The notes under the pieces are model-generated. The model was not told the origin of the DNA, did no database searches, and saw only the letters and a list, made by a program, of their open reading frames with translations. DNA of 64,000 bases from Adineta vaga. Its lineage: Eukaryota; Animalia; Rotifera. Location: positions 4,092,001-4,156,000 of the forward strand of contig CP075494.1 of assembly GCA_021613535.1 (NCBI GenBank). The letters run 5' to 3'. A program made the translations under genes and the position numbers. The stretch's first letter is position 1, and every line of letters starts with the position of its first letter. Below, piece by piece: positions 53,130 through 64,000 of this stretch.

Positions 53130-53971
53130 TTATTTGCATTTTGTTTTCCTTTTGTCTTCATTTGAATTCAACGGCTTTTCAGTTAAATAAATTGGTTCTA
53201 AATCGATCAAACCATCAAAACGTGTTGGCTTTTGTCGTTGTTTACTTTCGATGCAAACACCATTATTGACACTTCGAAATAATTGTCGTAAATCTCTATT
53301 TGGCTTTTTTAAATGTTTTAATAAATGTTTCGCATATAATCCATTTCTTTCAGTTAATAAGCCATCCGAAGCAATTTGATATTGACTACAAGCGAACACA
53401 ACATATGTACCTTTGGGAACCTTCGTTTCATCTGAATTATTACTTTCATATTTGACTAAACAAATATTATGTAAGAGAGATTATCTAAGTATTTGTTTTC
53501 CTTACCATTCCTTCCTCTTCTTCTTCGTGTGTAGGAATACGATAATCGACAACAATCTAATATAAATATGATAATAGACGATGGAAACTGTTGCGACCAT
53601 TGGTGAAGAATCTGTTCACTATGAATTACACAATTCTCAATTCCTTGATCATTTTCAATGAATTCATCATCAATTGGTAATAAATAATTCTTTCCATTCA
53701 TTTCACAACCATGGCCAGAGAAATAGAACAAAATCAAATCACCATCAAGTATTGTTTTCGAAAAATCCGAAAAAGCATTAATCATTTCTGAATTACATAA
53801 GTCATGGTGCTTGTCTACTTGAAATTGCATAGTTCGTAAAACAAAACCAATATCATTGACGTCATTGATTGTATGATAAAGTTGATCTTCATCCTGACAA
53901 TAGTTTTGATTTCCAATAAGTAATGCAACTTTACGTTTAAAAGTTGAAAGGTTGGAACTTGTAGTATCCAT
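53130..53971 (-). CDS. Caspase-like peptidase C14 (meta/paracaspase-like, catalytic domain only)
   Basis: Exons 53971-53506 and 53455-53130: KVALLIGNQNY, FYFSGHG, NYLLP, IFILDCCR, NGLYAKHLL and QKP; His-Cys dyad intact. Confidence 0.9.
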
Positions 53972-54431
53972 CGAATCAAATGCAAACTGTATGTTGCAAT
54001 ATTCTTTTTTCTGCTTTCAAATAGATATGAGTCATACAGGAGTGTTACGAAAGATTTCATAGGTATTTCACAATCATAACTCTAAATCAATATTTTCTTT
54101 CTCACTTTGTCGTATCACGTTACCTCTATTTATTTGAACATAGAAAAACATATTGAAGTGATTGGTTATTGTTATGTGTTTATGTTAAAGAATATATAAA
54201 ACAAATCAAATATGATGAGTATCATTTCAGTAAATCAGTTCATAGTTGTTCATATTCATTGTTCAGGTGTAGATAATCATATCTATATACTTTCAATCAC
54301 ACATTCCCTCTTTTATTATTGATAGTGAATAAAATCATAAGAGAAGGGCAAAAAAAATCAAAGAAATTTGTAGAAAACTTGTTTAAATGAAAACGGAAAT
54401 TGTAAAAAGTGTTAGAAGAAGATTTATGAGT

Positions 54432-57400
54432 TTAATCCATATCGAATTCATTCATAGTTGATATTGGAGAGTAAAAAGAATTGGCAGTTCGTCTATCATT
54501 TTGTGCTTTCTTCTTAATGTGATATTTCTTCCACCATATAGTACCAAGTACAAGAAGAACAACGGCAGATATAATGCTCAATATGAAAAACACTGGTCTA
54601 TGATTTCTGCTGACTGATTTGTTTCCCTTTTCCATATCATTTGTTGATCCATCGATAGAAATACTAAAAACAAAAAAAAAGCATTCCACCAAGACTGAAA
54701 AAATAAATTAACAATTCCTATTAATAATCTCTTTGTTCAGTATGACAATCAATTTTGATCAAAATTCTAAATTACTATATATTATTCAAATTAAAAGAGG
54801 ATTATAGGAAACTTCTCACTTAGTTATATCATTATATTTTTAGATAGGCTTCAATAAAGTTTAGATGTGATTCATGTCGACCTGTATATTTTCTTTTAAA
54901 TATAATTATCTTATTGGTCTATAACCACTGGCAGGACTGATTAAATTGCACATAAAAGAAATTTACTCTAATGCTCAAAATTTTATCTATACAAGGATGA
55001 TAGTTTTTAAGAAGATCAACTAACCGTTTCGCTTGAATGATTGCCGATTTTTCAATTGGTAATTTTTGGCATATAACAGCTGCTAGTTGCTCACAACCTA
55101 TATCAGCACATGAAAACGATGAATATTCTTCCGATCGAAAATTAAAAGATCCACAACCAATGTTTATAGAATTCGATGTCTTTTTTTTTGCGAGCTCAGA
55201 TTTCGAGTGTGGTGTTAACTTTTGAAAACGGGAACGAAAAGTACTTTCACATTTGTCAGCTCGTAAGGGGAACGAATATGAGTAACTTTGTGTGTTTTTA
55301 TTTTTCGTGTTATATCGCACAACAGTATGTTTTTGATTATCATAAATAACATTAACATGCGCAATACCAGACCACACGTAAATACGACGATATGATAATA
55401 ACACTTCTTTGATCATTGTTATCGTCGCTGATGTTTCAGGTATAAAAAGTGTCGCATTATCACGTGTACATTCAGCTTTTGCTTCGTTCCAAGTTGTTTC
55501 ATGAAAATTTACCTTATAACAATAGTCATTTATTAAGTAATATGCTTCATCATCTCCACAAGTGTAATCGATTGTTGTTTTGACTGATATATCCAATGAA
55601 GAACCATGCTCAATCGGACGAATAACAGTTGAATTAGGTTCCCAATGTTTGTGAACACAAACCGGCATAGCAGATTCAGATGGACATTCATTTGATTCAG
55701 TTAAACATCGTTCATAATCTATCTTATTATCAACCTGAATCCTTTCAAAACTAAGCACAATACAATGTGGATCGAAAGAATCTGATGTTTTAGAGCATCG
55801 TTGAATGGCACGGTTTGATGTTTGACTAGTATTCATAAAATTGGATGCACGATCAACCCAGAAATGTTTTTTTCTATCAGGCATATCGAACGAATTAGTT
55901 ACACTACGGGTTATATCGATGGCCGAACTTGATAAGATATCTTGAATTTCTAAAATGTCATTGACTTTTGCAAGAGTACTATCAATCGATTTACAATGAG
56001 ATTGTGCATCAGGAAAAGCGTGTGCCTTCTGTAGGGTATCATCAAACATACATCGTTTTTTATCATCATTCACGATAAAACCTCAAAGAATAGTAAAATG
56101 TATTTTCTTTCTTTAGCGAGCAAGTTTGCCCTTTTTTTCGTTTTCTTACCAGTCGGACAGCTCAGTTTCAGAGCATACGTTGAATAAATTGATGCATTAT
56201 TTTCAGCTCCGCATGTATGAAAATAATTACCTGGACACTCTCGATTACAAGACAGATCTTGTGACTTGAATACATTCGATGGTTTTCTTCGTGGCGGTAA
56301 ATTATTTGTACATAAGCATTTGTTGCTATTAAGAAGAGCATAACTTTGATTATATCTATTACATATTTCCAAACAATGACGTGGATGTGTATCGTATGCA
56401 TGTTTGATATTGAATTGGTACATGGTTGATGGATTTATTGAATGTAAGTAGATGCAACTATCATAACTGAAAGGAGGATTTGATTCAGTTATTCTACTGT
56501 AATCATATGATGACAATAAACTAATAGTGAGATTGTAAACAATGATTGTATTTTCATCCCCACATTGTTCATGTTTGTTTCCTAATGGTGTGAATAATGA
56601 AATTCAAAAGATATCGATGCAGATACTTCTGACATAAGAGTAGTCAAACTTCGGTTTCACGACACTTCGGTGAACAAGAAATATGCGCAACTCACTAAGG
56701 CCCGCTAGATCCAAAAATTCTATACCTATTCCTGCACCCTCTAGTTTTTAAGATTTGTAGATCCGGATCCGGACTGACACTCACTGTATTAGAGATTTTT
56801 GCATTCACCTTCGGTCACCAATACTCATTTCAATAAATATTAAAAAATAAAGAAAATACTGAATTTAAACGTTCTCAGAACACTTGAACCGCTTGAAAAA
56901 ACCCTTTTTCTATTGCATTCGGTTTGAGATATTCGATTAAATCTAAAGTGATTATAGTGAAGAATTTCTGAAAAATCATAGTCCCAATCTTTCATTATAG
57001 GAAGAGCAATTAATGTTCTGTAAAATAAGACTGACCAATTTATTATATTTCAATATTTATTTCATGAGTAGCTGCTCATTTCCAGTTGCTCTAGCAAGTA
57101 CAGAATTAATTTAACTTTAAAATATGATTTTCGTGAAGTGAATCAGTGGAGAATATCCATCAAATAAAATTTTAGGGATCTATAAGATACCACTATAATG
57201 AACAAGAGTAACATACCTGGACAAGGACGCCCACATTGTAGTTTTTTATACTTGGAATGTAATGATGAAGTTTTATTTAGCCATATAGCACCATAATTCA
57301 AACAATAACATCTATTCATTTGAAGAACAGCTAATCTCGTTTCTAACTTTCGACAGATAGATAAACATAATTTATGTGTTAAATGATTGGATATGACCGA

Positions 57401-59531
57401 TGGTAAACCAATTGCTAACGGTTTTTGAAAACAACCGCTCAGAGATTTATAACCAATGATTGTTTTGGTTGCACATAGTACACGTCTTGGCTTCGAACAA
57501 TTGCTGACTGATGTTTTTGTTAGAACAATACTTCCAATATCGTCGATGGTTGAACGTGTAAAAACTAAGCAAGAATCATTGTTACTAGTAGAGTTATCAG
57601 CATTAATCATTTGAAATTCATTTATAGAGACCCGAGTGACGTTAGTTTTGGACTTTACTGGTTGTATATTTTCAACTGTTAATGCACTACTTGATATATC
57701 TAAGAGAAAACAATATATTAAATTTAAAACATGTGCATCTTTTCTTCTTCAACCTAATCGATACTATGTAGCGAATAAGTTAAGACAATGACAATCTTAG
57801 TGGTATACTATATCTATATCGAGAGATAAACAACAGTTTATCTACAATAATGAAGAACTACTGTACTAAGAGAGAAAATATGAATTGATTTTTTATTGAA
57901 TACTTTACTTGTATCAAGAAGAAAAAAGCCAAGTCGACCTTGCCATTGTGCTGAATAAGGAACAATTTCACTTCCATGTAATTTACTATCATAGTCTGCA
58001 CCTTCATCATTTTTTTCCGTCTCGATATAAATAAATTCATTATCGTCAGTATCATCGAAAATAGGTTTCATTTCATCCTCATGTTCTATATTTAGTTTCA
58101 TTTGTAACACCGTAAAACAACTGTTTTTGGCTTCTTGTATTGTTTTACTTCTATCAGATATTTGATAACAATGGTTATTTAAATCAAGCCAATTCTTTGG
58201 ACATTCATGAGACTTTTGGTTTGTAGTATATTCATACCTGTAATATGATCTAATGATATCATATGATGATTGAGTTTCAGCGGTCAGAAACATTATACAT
58301 AATTTAGAGGATGATGTATATGTATACGAGTAATATGATAAATACTCCTGAGAACGTAAACACCCATCTTTTATTGTATAATATGTACGATCATAAGATA
58401 CAGAACTTATTATATCAGAATTGTATGAATATGTTGATGAGCAAGCCCATTTAGGATTAATGTTACTACGATTTGTAAAGGATATTCTAACAGACGATTT
58501 TGTTGAGTTGAACTTTTCGATAATTTTCAGAACTGAATCCCATGTTATATTTCCATCATAAGCATATATTTCCGTTCCGGATGGACATGAATCGAGCACA
58601 GTCATACATGCCTTTTGTTCTCTCACATAAACATAACCGATCGGACATAAATCACTTAAATCATAAATAGCCCATATTCGTGAATCATTCGTTGAGCCAC
58701 ATTTGAACATATGTTCAATGTTTGAATCACCGAATATATTATTACAATAAAGATTACATCTATCATTGGACAGAGCTGTTGAATTAAGGAAATCATTAGA
58801 AGCAATGTTCAATTTATTCTGTTTTATGCATGAACATTGATTATTATCACCATTGAAAGCTGGAAGAAAATATTCAGTTATTTTTCTGTTAATAACTGTT
58901 ATTTGAGAGTAAAGATGAGATTATGAATGATTATTTCATTTCATATTCATACCTTCACCCTCACCCACCCTCAAAATGAGTTCTGAATATGCATTTCTTT
59001 ACCTATAGATTCTGTCGTCGTATTTCGATCAAGGCATGCAGCGGCACAGCGTTCCAATTTGTTCAATCCTAATTTGCTAGATGTTTCGTCGATTTTTACT
59101 TGTATTATATCAGAATCAGCAGAAACATTTCGAAATTTGCATGCTCTGAATTCAATTTTATAATTGAGCAAATGAAGGTGCTTGGTAAAAAATGGATTTT
59201 CAGCATATGCTGAATAAGCGTCTGATCCACCACATAAATTATTTGATTTAACTTTACTATAACCCGCCATTGGACAGCGTATTGAACACTCACTATTCTT
59301 TCCTTGATTGTGATCCATGAGACCACTCCATGAACATCGACATATGGAACCTTGTATAAAGATTATCGGTGTTTCACATAAAAGAAAACATAATTTTGGT
59401 TCCATATATGAACTTTCAAAATAACTGTCATAAAATACTTGTTGATAGCAGCCAATATAATGATAAGAACCATGAACAGATTGTGCTATAACAATGATGA
59501 GCAAATAAAATAATACTCTTGAATAAAGCAT
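54432..59531 (-). CDS. Large type I membrane protein with multiple WSC and C-type lectin domains
   Basis: Signal peptide; WSC motifs (YIGCY...CGG; CLSIC...CYC...CPG...CG), CLECT motifs (CPKNW...HCY; CYK...TWNEAKAEC) and TM VFFILSIISAVVLLVLGTIWW. Confidence 0.85.
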
Positions 59532-60430
59532 ATTCTGTTCAAAAAGTTTAAGTAAACAAATATGAATACTTTTATTTCATATCACGAGAAAATCGTAAGA
59601 AAAGACATGTTCTCGAAAGTAGAAACGAAGCGCTTATATACCCTTGATCACACATATGTGACTCACGAGATATCAAAACGAGGGTTATTACAACAGATGA
59701 TGAAGAAAAGTAATTTTTATTCGATGATAAAGAATGAGATGAGAAATATGAGATGTTTCTAAACTATTTTCAATTAAGTCATCGATAATGAAAAAAGCGA
59801 GGAGATCGAAGACCTTTACTTTCATGTGATTTATATTTGATACGTAAATATGATTGTTATTTTTTCTATTTTATTTTATTTGTTAGATAGTATTACATTA
59901 TGTTATTAAGATTAACAAATAGAATCTTGTAGATGAAAACCAAAAGCTTAAACTACAACGAATATATATGTGCAGAAAAAGAAAGAAAACACTTATTTAG
60001 AAGTTAGTGTCATGGAGTGACATCTAATGATGCTATAACAATTTCAATTTCTCATTCGATCATTCTCAACATCACAATTGGTTTAATTTCGTTCTGAATC
60101 GACTTTCAGTAAAAAATAATATCATGTTCTTCTTTCTCCAGTAGTTATCTACGAAATAAATCACATCGATTGGACTAGAGTTATCAACAAAAACCTTGGT
60201 TCAGTTATAGCTTCATTTTTATCTTTCTCCACTCATTCAAACAAGAAAAAAAACAACACCATGAGAAAATAATACTCTTTTTTTCCTTTCTGTTAACTAC
60301 ATACGATACAACGAAGCTTTTTCTCATTAATGTTTTTCTTCCAAATGGTTTACTTTTGATTTCTTATAAGCACATTTTCTTTTCTTTTTTCCAAAGATAT
60401 TACAGTTTAGTACAAGACAAACAAAAAAAA

Positions 60431-61165
60431 ATGGTTGATAAAAAACCAGTGATAAAATTATACGGAATGAAAATGTCGACATGTACTCGACGAGTTCGAT
60501 GTGTACTAGAAGAAATGGGTTTATCGTATGAAATTATTCTCGTTGATTTGGGCAAGGGTGAACACAAACAAGCGAATTATCTTGCACTTCAACCATTTGG
60601 CCAAGTTCCATTACTTGAAGATATTGATGGAACAAAAATATTCGAATCGAGAGCAATTATACGGTATTTAGTTAAAAGATATCCAACGGAAGGTAAAGTT
60701 TTGTACCAGTTGACCTTTCATTTTGGTGAAAATGTAGCGTTTGTGTAATATTTAGGTGCAAAAGTTCAACCCGAAGATGCAAAGAACTATGGTCAAATGG
60801 AACAATGGTTGAATGTTGAATCTGAACACTTTAATCGTGAAGCTACCACACTGGTTTGGGAAACTTTATGGAAACCGAAAATGAAACATTTAGGTGAAAT
60901 GGATGAAAAGTTAGTGGAAGAGAAAAAAAAGAAACTAGAAAGTATTTTGTTAATTCTTGATACTCATCTGGCAACGAATGAATATTTTGCTGGAAATCAG
61001 TTTACAATGGCGGATATTAGTTATTTACCATATATCGAAAATCTCATTCGAGCTGGTCATCGTGATCTTTTATTATCGAAGAAGAGTTTTGCTGCATGGT
61101 GGAAGAAATGTAGCGAACGATCAAGTTGGATATTATGCAAAACGGAACAAGAAATAGAGTTTTAA
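60431..61165 (+). CDS. Glutathione S-transferase, phi-like
   Basis: Exons 60431-60692 and 60756-61165: STCTRRV, GEHK...QPFGQVP, FESRAIIRY, EQWLNVE and YFAGNQFTMADI. Confidence 0.92.
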
Positions 61166-61411
61166 ATAAATTCCGTCCTAACAATCCTAGCGTAGTAATC
61201 CATGATTTTCTTTTCTATGATCTGTTTTCTTTTTCTGTATTGTAATTATGAAATATATTCAGGAGCGTGAATAATGTTTCGATGACGTATTTGTTTATAA
61301 TACGTAGATTGGCGTCACTTCCTTTCACAATAAAAACAACGTTAACAAGGTATGGTATATAAATGAAATATTTATTTTTTTTCATATGAGATAGTCTAAA
61401 AAATATCGAAT

Positions 61412-62473
61412 ATGAACAAAACTACGATTGAATTGTTACCTACTGAGTTATGGATGATATTATTTCAATATTTCGATGTTTGTGAATTGTATGCTCAATT
61501 CAATGGACTTAATTCAAGAATTGATCGTATTATACAATCGGTAAATAATCTCTGTTTAAGAATAGATGAAGCCAACCATATCTTCTACCTCGAACATATT
61601 ATGCCATGGATACATTGTGAAAATGTCAACTCTTTATCATTTTTGGATGACTCGAAAACATATCCGCAAACCGAATTTTTCTTACTTTATCCGCTGGAAA
61701 AATTCATAGAACTTCGTTCATTTGTATTTCGTGGTTGGAGTCTTCCGTTTCACAACCCTCGAGAAGTAATTGAACAACTCCCACATTTAACATATTTACA
61801 AAAACTTGACGTCGAGCTTCACGAATTTCCTCAAGATAATTATGAAGAAAATAACAAACGTCTTATGGAACTTATATTTAACTCCAGTGATAATTTACGA
61901 AAGTCATTAAAATATGTTATCATGAACATGTACATTGGTCTAAATATACTTCCTTCAGTGACATTCTTACCTACAAATATCGAATACTTTCAAGTTTCTA
62001 TTATCGACCTCGAACCTTTTCTCAAATTAATTCCTTCGTTAGAATCATGTTGTAAAACTATTGAATTCGAATATTTAGAAGTGAATCATACCGGTGAACT
62101 AATATTACCATCACTAAACGTTCTTAACTGCTGTACAAAATTAACTATAAAAACAAATTGTTATTCCAAATTTGGTCATTTAAAAGTTTTCTTAAGTCAC
62201 TTTCCTGAAGTGAAGGAATTGATAATTGATAATGCACCTGCTGATGATCAATTGACAGCTGATCAGCTTGAAATCTTAGTAAGAAATCATTGATCAAAAC
62301 TACTGAAATTTCAATGGATTTATCGTGACGCTTGGTTCGATCATAATGAATTTATGAAAGGATTTTCCCAATCTAAGTTTTGGTCAGAACAAGATGTCGA
62401 ATGTTTATCTGTTTGTTCAAGGCGATGCAAACTTCAGTTAGATCGGAGTTCACAAATTATAAATGAATGCTGA
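61412..62473 (+). pseudogene. F-box/LRR-like protein with one premature TGA
   Basis: IELLPTELWMILFQYF...FNGLNSRI; the reading frame continues past the TGA at 62291-62293 with family-like FSQSKFWSE to a stop at 62473. Confidence 0.75.
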
Positions 62474-62859
62474 TAATATTGCAATCTCTGTTGCCTTTTT
62501 CCATTTTGAAAAGAAATATTTGCATTTATTATAATCAATAATTTCATAAAATTTCCGTCAGTTGACCAATACAAACGTTAGAGTATCTTTGTGAAACAAA
62601 CAACTTGAGGGTGGATTTTATATTCATGCCACAAATGAACAAGAGCGATATGAACGTACAATTGAGCTTCTTACACGGGTTAACACTGGTTATGCACAAA
62701 AGGTCCAAGAGTTAAAACATACTGACCGTATACTCACCATCAAGAGACTTAGAGGACTGGATGATGATTATTTTCATTAATGAAAACCGTCACTCTGTAT
62801 GACAATCCTTTTTTTCTTTCCTTTTTGGCACAGATGCGTCTGGTTTTGACTTTGCTATA

Positions 62860-63125
62860 TTATAAACAAGATAAATTGACAAAAATTAATCGAATAATGT
62901 AGAGAGTGTGTGACTGGTGAGGTCGTGGGCATGAGATCATCAATCGACTAATTCGAATAGTTAACAAGCATTGCCATTTGATAGCATCTTTTATAGATCG
63001 GACAATCAAATCGATATAAGAGTTGATGCATATAGAAAAGCCTTGGTCACTTGCCAAAAGGGCAAGAATTCAAAGATTTCTCGAACGATTTCAATAGGTA
63101 ACTGTTCAAATGACTTTGAAGGCAT
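62860..63125 (-). pseudogene. F-box gene fragment
   Basis: MPSKSFEQLPIEIVREIFEFL...KAF, then a frameshift into INSYIDLIVRSI. Confidence 0.6.
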
Positions 63126-63581
63126 CTTATTTTGACGAAGTAGTTTCAACAAACAGTGCATACTATTAAAACGGTATCAGAGACAATTCTATAGAGAAAA
63201 ATATGATTTTATGTTGGCTATTTCTTTGTTAACTTTAGGCAATAATAAAAAAAGAAGAATTACTATCTATTTAACCATCTGACGCACTTCAAAATGTTTC
63301 ACAGAATTATTTTAAAAAAATGACGTATAATTATGATGGAAATTTATTCTTTATCTAGGAAGTAAGGTGTTAGTAGTTATATTTATTCAACAAAAGATCA
63401 GTAAATATTAACAGTATCATATTAAGACAATAAAGGTATGTTGCTTTCATTGTGAAAAAATTGTGGGAGAGAGCGATACATCTTTCGTCGATCCCATCCG
63501 ACATCTGCTCTCTTCAGATGGTGAAAAAGAACAAGATTCAAGAAAACAAAGGCGATTGAACTTGTTTTATTAGAAAGTAAA

Positions 63582-64000
63582 TTAATGCGATGTATCGATC
63601 ATTGTATTTGTCATAGGTGTCACAGAGGATTTTATTTTATTTTTGCGTACAACGATAGAATGATATAGAAGTCGATAGATCAATTCACATAATTCAATGA
63701 CACTCAAAACACTCAATCCAATCCATCTAAACATATATACAGATGAGGTTGAAGAGAGAAAATTGTCTTACTTACAATCCTGTTTGTCCACCAATTGCAG
63801 AAAAAGTATCATTGAATGTTAATTTAGCTTCTTGATTGTATTCGATAGTATATTTACTACCACATGATATTTGCAGTTTCAAATAATTTCGATCGAAATA
63901 ATAATCAAAACGTTGTCCTATATCGCTGGGAAGTAAAACGCTGATATTTGATGAACTATTTAATATTAATTCTCGCCAATATTCTCGATCACCTTCTGAT
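63582..64000 (-). CDS. DEG/ENaC/ASIC-family channel, last two exons
   Basis: ...EYNQEAKLTFNDTFSAIGGQTGL|WIGLSVLSVIELCELIY... (TM2 with GxS filter), stop at 63582-63584. Confidence 0.9.

Noticed and set aside
5241-59326. Many short ORFs from the six-frame track overlapping real genes (e.g. 5241-5681, 8268-8573, 13395-13718, 35832-36272, 52385-52702)
   Set aside because: Antisense or alternate-frame shadows with no independent motifs.
7230-62293. TGA codons at expected Trp positions (C*QLE near 7236, RI*C at 10519, NYD*VK near 37121, NH*SKL at 62291), suggesting TGA=Trp or read-through
   Set aside because: Three of the four loci also carry TAA/TAG stops or frameshifts, intact genes end in TGA and use TGG for Trp, and TGG-to-TGA is a common transition in decaying genes.
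1-64000. Bacterial contamination or a prokaryotic operon as the source of the WrbA, CHAP, C14 and kinase genes
   Set aside because: These genes contain spliceosomal introns, match the local base composition and are interleaved with animal-type genes (GPCRs, DEG/ENaC).

Overview
AT-rich (visually about 30% GC) eukaryotic DNA with many short GT-AG introns (about 50-90 nt). The gene families present (FG-GAP/PAN proteins, LDLa-EGF-GPCR, orphan rhodopsin-type GPCRs, ART/TPR proteins, F-box proteins, and intron-containing genes of non-metazoan type) point to a bdelloid rotifer; this is inferred from gene content, not from a search. About 25 genes and pseudogenes were reconstructed by hand-splicing. 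They include dynein LC8, a DEG/ENaC 3' end, a WrbA-type flavodoxin, a phi-like GST, a caspase-like C14 peptidase, a secreted CHAP amidase, a Ubl-Ubl-ankyrin-ADP-ribosyltransferase, a DED-like/TM/TPR protein, a WSC/C-type-lectin receptor and a decayed LCIB-like carbonic anhydrase. The most striking element is a co-oriented three-gene cluster at 37.5-46.0 kb: an eIF2-alpha-kinase-like gene with a C-terminal propeller-like domain, an active kinase of bacterial appearance, and its paralogous pseudokinase fused to about four RRMs and two CCCH fingers. This is a candidate RNA-sensing kinase/pseudokinase defence module. Also notable are an atypical tRNA(GCC), a decayed co-oriented ORF array at 27-31 kb with a GC stem-loop between divergent TATA boxes, and dispersed telomere-like (TGTGGG/TGAGGG) mini-hairpins. 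All family calls come from motif recognition only; no database search was run.
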